A stretch of 32,000 nt of DNA. It comes from Promethearchaeum syntrophicum (GTDB lineage: Archaea > Asgardarchaeota > Lokiarchaeia > Sigyniarchaeales > Promethearchaeaceae). The stretch spans positions 390,001-422,000 of the forward strand of contig NZ_CP042905.2 in NCBI RefSeq assembly GCF_008000775.2, read 5' to 3'. Below, piece by piece: positions 15,252 to 23,850 of this stretch (the stretch's first letter is position 1; every line of letters starts with the position of its first letter). The notes under the pieces are model-generated. The model saw only the letters and a list, made by a program, of their open reading frames with translations. It was not told the DNA's origin and did no database searches. The position numbers were made by a program, and so were the translations under genes.

Positions 15252-16049
15252 TTAAGTTAAATTTACCTTAAATCTGCATTGTTCATCCCCATGAGCAATG
15301 CATTGCGTTTCTTTTATTTGAATTGAATCTAAACTTATGCTTTTTTTTATATAGCCTTCAATAAAACCTTCAAGAAATTTACATGAAAACTCAGACGATT
15401 TTATACCACGGCATATAGGACACATGGGGATATCTATTTGTATTTCTTGTTCGTTTGAACTTGACACATTATTTATTGAAAATAAATTAAGTTCCTTTCG
15501 GATATGCTTCTTAAGTGATTTGAACGAAGAAACACTCGCTGCTCGTGCTAAACCTGTTTCTTCTCCAATAAGTTTAAGATATTTGGGTTCAAACTTGGAT
15601 TGAAATTTCCTAATTACTCGTATCACATGTTTTGGGAAATCTTTTTCAATAAATAATTTTGAAAAATCACCATATACGATTTCATCAATTTTCTTCCTAA
15701 ATCCTTCAAATATTGAAATTTTACCCTTCCAATTTTCAATCTCTTGGGAATAATCTTCTAAAAAACTTTCTCTAATTTTTTTAAGCGAACTTCCAATGAT
15801 TTCACTATGAGGATCCTCTTCAACCAATCCAACAAAAATTAATTTTTTATAAGAAGTAATGAACACACGTAATTCTCCAGTCTGAAAATATTTTATATCT
15901 CCAATTTCCAATTCTGAAGTAAACATGGAAAGAGCTGAAATTAATCCTGAGAAAAGGTTTCCATTTATCTCATATTTTTTTTTGGTAAAGGAATGTCTTA
16001 ATAACAGCAAAGATGACCCTTCTTGGATAATAAAAATCTCGAGTAGCAT
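15252..16049 (-). CDS. Longin/roadblock-like N-domain fused to a V4R (Bet3/TRAPP-like) C-domain
   Basis: The C-terminus carries the V4R signature CPICRG...CKFLEGFIEGYI...IKETQCIAHGDEQCRFKV, preceded by LIGEETGLARAAS helices. The N-terminal ~100 aa (LLEIFIIQEGSSLLLLRHSF..NLFSGLISALSMFTSEL..IKYFQTGELRVFITSYKKLIFVGLVEED) follow the longin/Bet5 pattern. The track start at 16058 is a GTG, so I use the ATG at 16049. Confidence 0.75.
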   Translation of the reverse strand: MLLEIFIIQEGSSLLLLRHSFTKKKYEINGNLFSGLISALSMFTSELEIGDIKYFQTGELRVFITSYKKLIFVGLVEEDPHSEIIGSSLKKIRESFLEDYSQEIENWKGKISIFEGFRKKIDEIVYGDFSKLFIEKDFPKHVIRVIRKFQSKFEPKYLKLIGEETGLARAASVSSFKSLKKHIRKELNLFSINNVSSSNEQEIQIDIPMCPICRGIKSSEFSCKFLEGFIEGYIKKSISLDSIQIKETQCIAHGDEQCRFKVNLT

Positions 16050-16122
16050 AAAATTCACTTATTCCTTTACAAATTTATTAATTATAAATACATGTTAGAA
16101 ATTAATTTGATCTTTAAAAAAA

Positions 16123-16476
16123 TTATGAATCTGAGTTTTTACCGTCTTCTCCCATTAAGAATTTTGTGAATCTAAAAAGTATCATCAGTGAAATAGCAAA
16201 AAGTAATAGACCAACTATCTGAAAAATTACTAAAGTTAATTTATAAGGTTCATAGTTATCTATCCAATAAAATTCTGTAAAGAAATCCAACCCTGCAGAA
16301 AGAGTTCCAAGAACAATCCCGCTAATTAAAACCAAGAATCCTTTGGATGCAAATATTCTATTATTTTTCTTTGCATAAAATGCCATTAACAGTACAAATA
16401 GATACGCAAATAAAGCCAATCCTTCTAAAATTGCATCAAGAATATCGATGTCTTCAAGTGGGCTAAGAAATTGCAT
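16123..16476 (-). CDS. Small integral membrane protein (3 predicted TM), paralogue of the upstream gene
   Basis: It has three long hydrophobic segments. The track start at 16539 is a TTG inside the upstream gene. The ATG at 16476 (MQFLSPLEDIDILDAILEG...) leaves a 10-nt spacer after the upstream stop. The ATG at 16515 is an alternative. Confidence 0.55.
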   Translation of the reverse strand: MQFLSPLEDIDILDAILEGLALFAYLFVLLMAFYAKKNNRIFASKGFLVLISGIVLGTLSAGLDFFTEFYWIDNYEPYKLTLVIFQIVGLLLFAISLMILFRFTKFLMGEDGKNSDS

Positions 16477-16486
16477 AAGTTCCACT

Positions 16487-16852
16487 TTATTTTCCCTCCC
16501 AAATTTTAATACCATAAAGGGCGATTCTGTAAAATGCAAATCCTATGATAAACAATCCGATAAAGGCAAAAATTGCATCTAACATGTCGAATACTGAATA
16601 AGCGAGCGCAGTTTCACCATTGATTTTTTTTGTCACCCAAGTATCTAATAAATCAAAAATAAAATGAGCAGCAAATACCCCAAAACCAATAATCATTTCA
16701 TTAAAACCCTTGCGAGTTAATTTTGGGTAGTGAATTTTTAAATAAATAATAATAATTATTACAGATAAAGCAGCGATAGCCGTAATTAATTCAATAGTAA
16801 TTGTTCCTAATTCATCATTTAATCTCAATTGGTCTATTGAATCCCACTCCAT
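16487..16852 (-). CDS. Small integral membrane protein (3 predicted TM)
   Basis: It has an ATG start and three hydrophobic segments (ELITAIAALSVIIIIIYL, MIIGFGVFAAHFIFDLL, VFDMLDAIFAFIGLFIIGFAFY). No known motif is present. Confidence 0.6.
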   Translation of the reverse strand: MEWDSIDQLRLNDELGTITIELITAIAALSVIIIIIYLKIHYPKLTRKGFNEMIIGFGVFAAHFIFDLLDTWVTKKINGETALAYSVFDMLDAIFAFIGLFIIGFAFYRIALYGIKIWEGK

Positions 16853-16985
16853 ATCTAACTATCAACCTAAGGTAATAAATAATTATTGATTAGAAATAGA
16901 ATGAAGAAAAAATTTTTTGATAAAAAGTGGTCTCTTCATTTTTAATATATGATTGATTTTAATTTAGAATAATAGTGATTAAAGA

Positions 16986-18167
16986 ATGTCAAAAAATAAA
17001 AATTTAGAAGCTCTTAAGAAAAGCTCATCCAATTTGAATAAAATTCTTTTAATTTTTATGATTATTTTCACATCTATATTTTGGGCTTTCGCATTTTATG
17101 CCCCTATAGAATATTCACGAGGAGAATATCAAATCAACAACGATAATTCCAATTATTTAAATATAACTAAAATTGAATTAAACTACAATGCAGAAAAGGC
17201 TTCAGTTAACATAAAATTTGAAGATGATATGCATTATATTCTTAATTCTAATTGGAAACAAATAACCTCTCCATCATTCCCGTATGAACCTATAGATATT
17301 CATTTTCAGGAAACTATATTAGATAATAATACTCTTGAAATCAATGTTACAAGCACTGGAGAAGGTTTTTTTGATAGTGATTGGAATTTATTTTATGATT
17401 TTGAAATAATTATTGATAATTCCTATTTAGTTGATCTTAATTCTCAAGTGACCCATTCTCAGGTAAATATTGAAGCCACAGATACTGAATTTAGTATTTT
17501 TAATCTAAATAGTGAAACTGGTAGTATACATGTGGATTTTCACAATGTTTATATCCATTCGTCAGTTAATATCTCTGAAAAATCTGGTTATACTGATTTC
17601 AATATATATAATAGTAACATCACTTCAAATATCAATTTTGAAGGAGATTCTGGATCAGTATATTTTTATTTTTATAATTCCGCTTTTGCAAATATCAATA
17701 TTCAAACCGAATCTGGATCCACATATTTGAGGGGAAATTCAAATATTTTTAAAAATGTGTCTATAGAAACTGCATCTAGTCATATAGGTATGGATGTAGA
17801 TAATTCCAACATACATAATATTAGACTTATCAGTTCTTCAGGAAGTATTCATTGTGAAATAAATGAAATCCTTTTATTAGGAAATGTTTCAATTTACAGT
17901 ACATCTGGATCATTAGATTGTGATTTTAGTGAAATTTCTTTTTATTCAGATAGAGTATTTGATTTATGGGATAATTCCGGATATATAGATTTTTATTGGG
18001 ATCAAGAAATACTTATGAATTCTTCAGCATATATCTTCATTGAAACAATTTCAAGCACTATCGATGTTGAAATCTATACTATACTAGAAAATATTGAATC
18101 AGAAAGATTTATTGTGCAAGCATCCTCTGAAACCGGGTTTTTCGATGTTGAAATATATGAGCGATAA
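16986..18167 (+). CDS. Membrane-anchored, Asn-rich beta-solenoid-like protein (DUF4097/adhesin-like repeats)
   Basis: It has an N-terminal basic stretch plus a TM segment (ILLIFMIIFTSIFWAFAFYA). About 10 repeats of 21-26 aa follow, each opening with SG[SY]/TGS (SGSIHVDF, SGYTDFNI, SGSVYFYF, SGSTYLRG, SGSIHCEI, SGSLDCDF, SGYIDFYW). It has many N-x-S/T sequons. Confidence 0.65.
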   Translation: MSKNKNLEALKKSSSNLNKILLIFMIIFTSIFWAFAFYAPIEYSRGEYQINNDNSNYLNITKIELNYNAEKASVNIKFEDDMHYILNSNWKQITSPSFPYEPIDIHFQETILDNNTLEINVTSTGEGFFDSDWNLFYDFEIIIDNSYLVDLNSQVTHSQVNIEATDTEFSIFNLNSETGSIHVDFHNVYIHSSVNISEKSGYTDFNIYNSNITSNINFEGDSGSVYFYFYNSAFANINIQTESGSTYLRGNSNIFKNVSIETASSHIGMDVDNSNIHNIRLISSSGSIHCEINEILLLGNVSIYSTSGSLDCDFSEISFYSDRVFDLWDNSGYIDFYWDQEILMNSSAYIFIETISSTIDVEIYTILENIESERFIVQASSETGFFDVEIYER

Positions 18168-18182
18168 TATATTTTATTTATT

Positions 18183-18599
18183 ATGGTCTCAGATTTAAAA
18201 CAGTTCTCAATGAAAACAGAAGTTGATCAAATAGCAAATATTACAAAATTTGTTCAAAAAGCTGCAGATGAATCTTTAATAAAAGATGGAACAGTCACAA
18301 TTTTTCTTCCTGGTAGCACTGGGGGAATAACTACATTGGAATACGAACCTGGATTGGTAAAGAAAGACGTTCCTAAAATCTTACAGAAGTTAATTCCCAA
18401 AGGTCCTGATTATGCTCATCACCAAACATGGCATGATCATAACGGACATAGCCATTTACGCAGTTTTTTCATTAAACCTTCGCTTACAGTCCCCATTCAA
18501 GAAGGAAAATTATTATTAGGGACTTGGCAGCAAATTATTTTCTGTGAATTCGATGAAAAATCCCGAAATCGAACTATTTATTGTCAGTTTGTCGGGTAA
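18183..18599 (+). CDS. YjbQ/UPF0047-family protein (secondary thiamine-phosphate synthase-like)
   Basis: The family pattern is ITKFV..GTVTIFLPGSTGGITTLEYEPG...DYAHHQTWHDHNGHSHLRSFFIKPSLTVPIQEGKLLLGTWQQIIFCEFD. It starts 15 nt after the preceding stop. Confidence 0.8.
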   Translation: MVSDLKQFSMKTEVDQIANITKFVQKAADESLIKDGTVTIFLPGSTGGITTLEYEPGLVKKDVPKILQKLIPKGPDYAHHQTWHDHNGHSHLRSFFIKPSLTVPIQEGKLLLGTWQQIIFCEFDEKSRNRTIYCQFVG

Positions 18600-18633
18600 T
18601 AAAAATTTAAAAGTTGGCATTATAAGAAAAAAA

Positions 18634-19812
18634 TTAAAATCCAGATGTCTTTGGTTCTCTGGAAAGCATTTCTTTGGCTATAGGAATCATTTCTTGTTTT
18701 TTTTCATTATGTTCTTTAATAAAATCCATAATAATTTGAACTGACTCCTTTTTACATGTTCCACAGAGCATCCCCTCTTTACATCTTAAGTAACGGTCTT
18801 GTAACTTATTATCATCAGGTTGGAAATGTATTTGAAGAAGCTTGTATATCATACATTTCTCAGGAACTCCACCTAATTTTTTTTGCTCCTCCATATTTCT
18901 CCTTCCGCCAGTAAAAGCACGCTTTAGTTTCTTTTCAATTTCAATAGGATCATCTCCTAAGTTGAAATAACTATTAGGTCTGGATTTACTCATTTTTTTT
19001 GTTACATCATCCAATCCTGGGAGTAGTTTATGATAGGTTGCTGCTGGTTTAAATAATGGACTACTAACTTCTTTTTTTGTTTTCCGATTTTTCTTTATGT
19101 ATTTAAAATGCCTTGTTAAATCTCTAACTAATCTCAAATGAGGATCTTGATCAATTCCTACAGGAACAAGAGTTGGCATTGGACCATCTTTCAATTGCGG
19201 AAGAAGAATATCCCCTACTTGAACCAAAGCTGCCATGTATAATGCAAAATCTCGTTCACCGTAAATAGCTTTCATCATATTGTTGGTGACATGACGCCCA
19301 GCCATAAAAACCATATCTTTTGGAATCTGCTCTCTAGATTGAAGATAAACATAACTTTTCGGATCTAATCCTAATGTGAGAATATCTGCAATATTATCAA
19401 CGGCATATTTATAAGCAGTGTCAAGAGGTGTGTTATTATCAGCGTAACTTTCCAAATCTGCAACTGCATAATAAATCTTACCACCCATTTTCTGAAATTC
19501 TACCATTTCAGAAGCTGTTGTTAATGTTCCTAAATGAAATTGCCCACTTGGTTTAATTCCCGATAAAATTGCCCATGGTTTTTCCTCTCGAATGGCTTTA
19601 AGGATCATCCCAAGATCTCTATGCCCATATATTATTTTACGTCGGAGGAAGCGATTTTTTTCGAATGCTGAATATGGAATTTCCAGTTCTTGAACCAGAC
19701 TTATCCCAAATTCTTCACACAAACGAATATAGTCATCATCAGCAACTAAATCATCTCCCCATGGATTCAATTGAATTGATTTCTCACCCTTATTTTCGGG
19801 ATTGTCAGACAT
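18634..19812 (-). CDS. trpS: Tryptophanyl-tRNA synthetase, archaeal/eukaryotic type
   Basis: It has the class I signatures PSGQFHLGT (HIGH-like) and KMSKS. TrpRS-specific features are the N-terminal PWG..DDDYIRLCEEFGI and the C-terminal TGGRRNMEEQKKLGGVPEKCMIYKLLQIHF..DRYLRCKEGMLCGTCKKE block. Confidence 0.88.
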   Translation of the reverse strand: MSDNPENKGEKSIQLNPWGDDLVADDDYIRLCEEFGISLVQELEIPYSAFEKNRFLRRKIIYGHRDLGMILKAIREEKPWAILSGIKPSGQFHLGTLTTASEMVEFQKMGGKIYYAVADLESYADNNTPLDTAYKYAVDNIADILTLGLDPKSYVYLQSREQIPKDMVFMAGRHVTNNMMKAIYGERDFALYMAALVQVGDILLPQLKDGPMPTLVPVGIDQDPHLRLVRDLTRHFKYIKKNRKTKKEVSSPLFKPAATYHKLLPGLDDVTKKMSKSRPNSYFNLGDDPIEIEKKLKRAFTGGRRNMEEQKKLGGVPEKCMIYKLLQIHFQPDDNKLQDRYLRCKEGMLCGTCKKESVQIIMDFIKEHNEKKQEMIPIAKEMLSREPKTSGF

Positions 19813-19930
19813 ATCAAATTAATTCTAACATTGGAATTTAATTTTTTGAATTTTAAATTAAAAAAATATTGATGTTTTTTCATGTTATTGTATGAAAAAA
19901 TTGAAAAATTATCGTGTTTTTTTTTTTCCA

Positions 19931-21445
19931 ATGACTTCAAAATTTTTGCGATTCTTTTCACCTTTTACGCGCGTCACAACAGAAATTAGAAAACCAGATA
20001 GAGAAATCTCATTCAAAGATAAAATCATCTATACCCTTGTAATTCTTGTAATTTACATTATTATGTCGAATATTCCGATCTATGGTATTGCGACAGATGC
20101 TGGAAATGACATGTATTATTGGTTGAGAGTTATCTTAGCTTCTAAGCGTGGAACATTAACAGAGATGGGTATCGGTCCAATTGTAACCGCTGGTTTGATT
20201 ATGCAATTACTTCAAGGTTCAAAACTGATTAATGTAAACATGGGAGATCCAACAGATCGTGCATTATTTACTGGAGCGCAAAAAGTAATCGCCATTGGGT
20301 TAACTATTTTCCAAAGTATAGCCTATATTGAGGGTGGTGCCTTTGGAGAAATTGAATCAACTTTGTTTAAAATATTAGTTTTCCTTCAGCTATTCCTAGC
20401 TGGACAAGTAATTATTCTGTTAGATGAAGTCTTACAAAAAGGATACGGATTAGGTTCGGGTGTGTCCTTATTTATTGCCACAGGTGTGGCCGGACAAATA
20501 TTTTGGAATGCATTTTCTTTCTTTGATGTTACAGCTGAAGGAAGTGATTTTCTTCCACGTGGGATTATAATTGCATTCTTTGCAGTCTTGTTTGGATCAC
20601 ATCAATTCCCAGAAGGACATATACAAGCTGGTGATGAAATAGGAATTGGGGATTTATTTTTAAGAAATGCTGGAGCTCCAGGTCTTCTGGGTTTGCTGAC
20701 AACTATTTTAATATTTCTCGCAGTAATTTATGTCCAAACCATGCAAGTGGAAATTCCCCTAACTTATGCTGGGCACAAAGGTTATCGTGGAAAGTATCCG
20801 ATGAAATTATTATATGTTTCGAATATACCCGTCATACTTGCTCAAGCTTTATATGCTAACTTCTTATTTTTCGGACAAATTTTATGGAACGCTAAGGTGG
20901 AAAATGGTTGGGGAGATTGGATAAACCTTATCGGAGAATTCACACAAGCGACAGAAGGGGTAGATGCATCACATTTACAACCAGTTGGAGGCTTATTATA
21001 TCTAATAACTCCGCCTCAGGGGCTGTCCTATATTCTCGATCCGGCGAATGATCAAAGTCTAAGATTATTGCTTCTTCATAGCGTCGGATATCTACTTATT
21101 TTTATTACGATTTGTATTGTATTTGGTCGTATTTGGGTCGAGGTTTCAGGTTTGGCACCCCGTGATATCGCTGGTCAAATTATTAATTCGAAAATGCAAA
21201 TACCCGGTTTTAGACGTTCTGAAAAAGTAATTGAAAAAATTCTGAAAAGATATATACCGACGTTAACAATACTGTGTGGTATAATTGTTGGACTTTTATC
21301 ATTTACTGCGGACTTTCTTGGAGCTCTCTCTTCTGGAACAGGATTACTTTTATCAGTTGGGATCATCCAAAACTATGCTGAAACGATAGGAAAAGAAGCT
21401 GCCGCCGAATCAATGCCCGGTATGGGCGGATTACTCGGTATGTAG
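19931..21445 (+). CDS. secY: Preprotein translocase subunit SecY (Sec61alpha type)
   Basis: It has 10 TM segments. Characteristic stretches are ISFKDKIIYTLVILVIYIIMSNIPIYGI, RGTLTEMGIGPIVTAGLIMQLL, GSGVSLFIATGV and LLYVSNIPVILAQAL. The ATG at 19931 (MTSKFLRF) is preferred over the upstream track start at 19892. Confidence 0.93.
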   Translation: MTSKFLRFFSPFTRVTTEIRKPDREISFKDKIIYTLVILVIYIIMSNIPIYGIATDAGNDMYYWLRVILASKRGTLTEMGIGPIVTAGLIMQLLQGSKLINVNMGDPTDRALFTGAQKVIAIGLTIFQSIAYIEGGAFGEIESTLFKILVFLQLFLAGQVIILLDEVLQKGYGLGSGVSLFIATGVAGQIFWNAFSFFDVTAEGSDFLPRGIIIAFFAVLFGSHQFPEGHIQAGDEIGIGDLFLRNAGAPGLLGLLTTILIFLAVIYVQTMQVEIPLTYAGHKGYRGKYPMKLLYVSNIPVILAQALYANFLFFGQILWNAKVENGWGDWINLIGEFTQATEGVDASHLQPVGGLLYLITPPQGLSYILDPANDQSLRLLLLHSVGYLLIFITICIVFGRIWVEVSGLAPRDIAGQIINSKMQIPGFRRSEKVIEKILKRYIPTLTILCGIIVGLLSFTADFLGALSSGTGLLLSVGIIQNYAETIGKEAAAESMPGMGGLLGM

Positions 21446-21466
21446 AGAGATTTCAAAGGTTAATAT

Positions 21467-21489
21467 AAGGAATTTTTTACTCCTTTTTT
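21467..21489 (+). terminator. Weak hairpin (aagga/tcctt) flanked by two T6 runs downstream of secY
   Basis: The sequence is aagga-attttttac-tccttttttc, 20 nt after the secY TAG. The oligo-T runs fit archaeal termination. The stem is only 5 bp. Confidence 0.25.
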
Positions 21490-21593
21490 CATTAATTATA
21501 TATAAAAATCAAAGACAATTTTTTGGCAAGTTTCTTTCATAATTTATAAATTTCAGAAATTTTTTTTTAATCCCGTTATTATATTAATATATA

Positions 21594-22256
21594 ATGATAT
21601 TAGCTTGGGCAGATTTTATTACTTGGTTGACGACGCCTCCAGTTTCAATGTGGTTTATATTCGTTGTTAGCATTCTTGTTTCCTTGTTTTCAACCTTTCT
21701 CAATAAAGTTTTAGTTGATCATGATAAAATGAACAGACAACAAGATGTTATAAATGATCATAAGAAAAGAAAAAAAGAATTATTGCAATTATCGGAAGAT
21801 AATCCAAAAAGATATGCTAAAGAATATCCAAAGTGGCAACGAAGAGATCCCAGTATTAAAAATATGGAACAAAAGATGAGCTTACAGAGATTAAAACCAA
21901 GTTGTTTTACATTTCTACCAATGATTATATTCTTCTATGTAATTCGTAATATGTTTACTCCTGAAGGTTCTCCAATTCAATTTCCTGTTGCCAGTGGTTC
22001 AATGAATCCAATGCAAGAATTTCCGACTTTACTTACAACTATGCTACAATCTGAGATGTATTCAGTGTTAGGGAATATTGTTGTAGATCATGGTTTTATC
22101 GGTTTTACTGGTTGGTATATGTTATGTAGTTTCACGAATTCAACAATAATCAACAAATTACTTAAAGTTTCAAGACCTTCGGGAGGACAAGGTATGGGAT
22201 CAATGTTCGATTCTAAGGCTCAAGAAGATTTGCCGAATCCGAAATCACTACTTTGA
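21594..22256 (+). CDS. DUF106 / EMC3-TMCO1-Get1-like (archaeal YidC-like) membrane protein
   Basis: It has an N-terminal TM (WFIFVVSILVSLFSTFL), then a basic coiled-coil hairpin (VDHDKMNRQQDVINDHKKRKKELLQLSEDNPKRYAKEYPKWQRR), then further hydrophobic segments. It lies directly downstream of secY, as DUF106 genes do in many archaea. Confidence 0.7.
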   Translation: MILAWADFITWLTTPPVSMWFIFVVSILVSLFSTFLNKVLVDHDKMNRQQDVINDHKKRKKELLQLSEDNPKRYAKEYPKWQRRDPSIKNMEQKMSLQRLKPSCFTFLPMIIFFYVIRNMFTPEGSPIQFPVASGSMNPMQEFPTLLTTMLQSEMYSVLGNIVVDHGFIGFTGWYMLCSFTNSTIINKLLKVSRPSGGQGMGSMFDSKAQEDLPNPKSLL

Positions 22257-22299
22257 AAATCCAATAATTTTTTTTAATTCAAAAATTAATAATAAATCC

Positions 22300-22857
22300 A
22301 TGGCTAAGAAGAAAATGGTTATTGGTCCGAAAGGAGAATCCCCCAAAGAAATTGTTGATAATAATGTTCAAATTATTGATGTTTCGAATTTCTTTAACTA
22401 TCAACGTGCAATAAATTCTCTTATTGATTATTTAAACCTAAGTATTGATGATATGATAGCTGGCTTTACAAGATCAGACCAGGAAAAATTCAGTACTCCA
22501 AATAAGAAATTAATTCTTAATGCAATTCTAGAATCTGGTTTTTATGAATTTACTAAATATAAATTGAAAATTATTTCAGAAAGTAAGGAATTTAGTGATG
22601 AAAAGAAATTTCTCGAGATGATGGAACGCGTTCAAGGAGAAATTGACTTATTAGCATATCTTTTAGTGTATTCCCGAATGTCCCATCGTAATTTAAATTT
22701 CGATTTGTTTTTATCACTATTAAAAGGGGGTCTTTTTGTCGATATACTTGAAACACATGAAAAAATTGTAAAGGATATGCAAAAACGGGCACAATCTTTA
22801 AATAAAGATAACATCAAAGAAAATGTTAAAGTTAATGATTCGAGTTTTTATATTTAA
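22300..22857 (+). CDS. Hypothetical protein, 185 aa
   Basis: It has an ATG start 43 nt after the DUF106 gene on the same strand. The sequence is of non-trivial complexity but I recognise no motif. Confidence 0.5.
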   Translation: MAKKKMVIGPKGESPKEIVDNNVQIIDVSNFFNYQRAINSLIDYLNLSIDDMIAGFTRSDQEKFSTPNKKLILNAILESGFYEFTKYKLKIISESKEFSDEKKFLEMMERVQGEIDLLAYLLVYSRMSHRNLNFDLFLSLLKGGLFVDILETHEKIVKDMQKRAQSLNKDNIKENVKVNDSSFYI

Positions 22858-22878
22858 ACACAAAAACTGCGTTTATGC

Positions 22879-23850
22879 TCATTTCAAATTTGTTTCAAGT
22901 GATTTAACTTTTTTAAATATTGAATTTGTAACGTTAATATATAAATCCTTCATTATTTCTTCAAATTCCAGTGGTTTTTCTACATTTGGAGCTATCCCTA
23001 AAGTATCTAATATGTCAAAATGAACTCCTGGTTTTGAAAAAGAAAAGCCTATTTCGTATGGTTCCCCTGATAGAAAGTTCTTATGGGATAAATCATGAAA
23101 ATTTAAACTCGGAACATCAAATGCATCATCATACGAATGAATTTGCTCGCGAATTTTATGAGTAGATTGAACAATAGGCCTGTTTGCACAAGATCGCGCA
23201 AGTTGCAAATCGTGTAATAAATCATCTCTAGATTTTCCTCTAAGTTTTAGAAGTAAAAATGGATCCAAATCAAGAACTCTTGCAGTATATAATATTGTGG
23301 CGGCAATATGTTTGCAAGGAACTGCTTGATCAGGACAAGAACAGCTTGCATTTAGGGTTTTTGAAGCTGGAGGGAATAATTGATAACCTGTTTCCTTGAA
23401 GATTTGATGTAAATTATCGGGAATTTTATTTTCTAATAAAGCAATTATATATTTCACTTTTTTGGCAATTTTAAGGAGAATTTCGTTCCACCCCTCCTCA
23501 GGTATGGTTTTAAAATTTATTTTTACCCTATATGGAGTTGGTGCTGTGCCTTGGACTGTTCCAAAAATTTGACCAGGACTAACTGTTAGATTTTCGATAC
23601 GGTTTTCCTCTGCATACCGCATTCCTCTTTGCATTCTATAAGGTCTTCCGAATTTTAAAATTGATTCGATCCATTGAATTCCCCACTGTGTATGAGCAAA
23701 ATTCAATAGATCGTCCATAATTTGTTGAACTTCGTGCCTTTTTTGTTGCCTTTCTTGATAGTTTTTTGGTCTAGATCCTGATAGTTTTGGATCATTGTGG
23801 GAGTTCAAAGTTCTTTTTCGATAAGAACGAGCTGATGTTTTTTTTGCCAT
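22879..23850 (-). CDS. SWIM zinc-finger protein (partner of the upstream SNF2 helicase)
   Basis: The SWIM signature is CSCPDQAVPCKHIAATILY (CxCxnCxH). It is preceded by the family-typical RGMRYAEENRIENLTVSPGQIFGTVQGTAPTPYRVKI. The ATG at 23850 overlaps the SNF2 TGA by 1 nt (TGATG). The track start at 23853 is a TTG. Confidence 0.85.
   Translation of the reverse strand: MAKKTSARSYRKRTLNSHNDPKLSGSRPKNYQERQQKRHEVQQIMDDLLNFAHTQWGIQWIESILKFGRPYRMQRGMRYAEENRIENLTVSPGQIFGTVQGTAPTPYRVKINFKTIPEEGWNEILLKIAKKVKYIIALLENKIPDNLHQIFKETGYQLFPPASKTLNASCSCPDQAVPCKHIAATILYTARVLDLDPFLLLKLRGKSRDDLLHDLQLARSCANRPIVQSTHKIREQIHSYDDAFDVPSLNFHDLSHKNFLSGEPYEIGFSFSKPGVHFDILDTLGIAPNVEKPLEFEEIMKDLYINVTNSIFKKVKSLETNLK

Noticed and set aside
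16900-16940. An 8-bp inverted repeat aatgaaga/tcttcatt, with an embedded 14-codon ORF, in the divergent intergenic region upstream of the beta-solenoid gene.
   Set aside because: A short AT-rich stem with a 25-nt loop is expected by chance in this composition. There is no supporting conservation or repetition.
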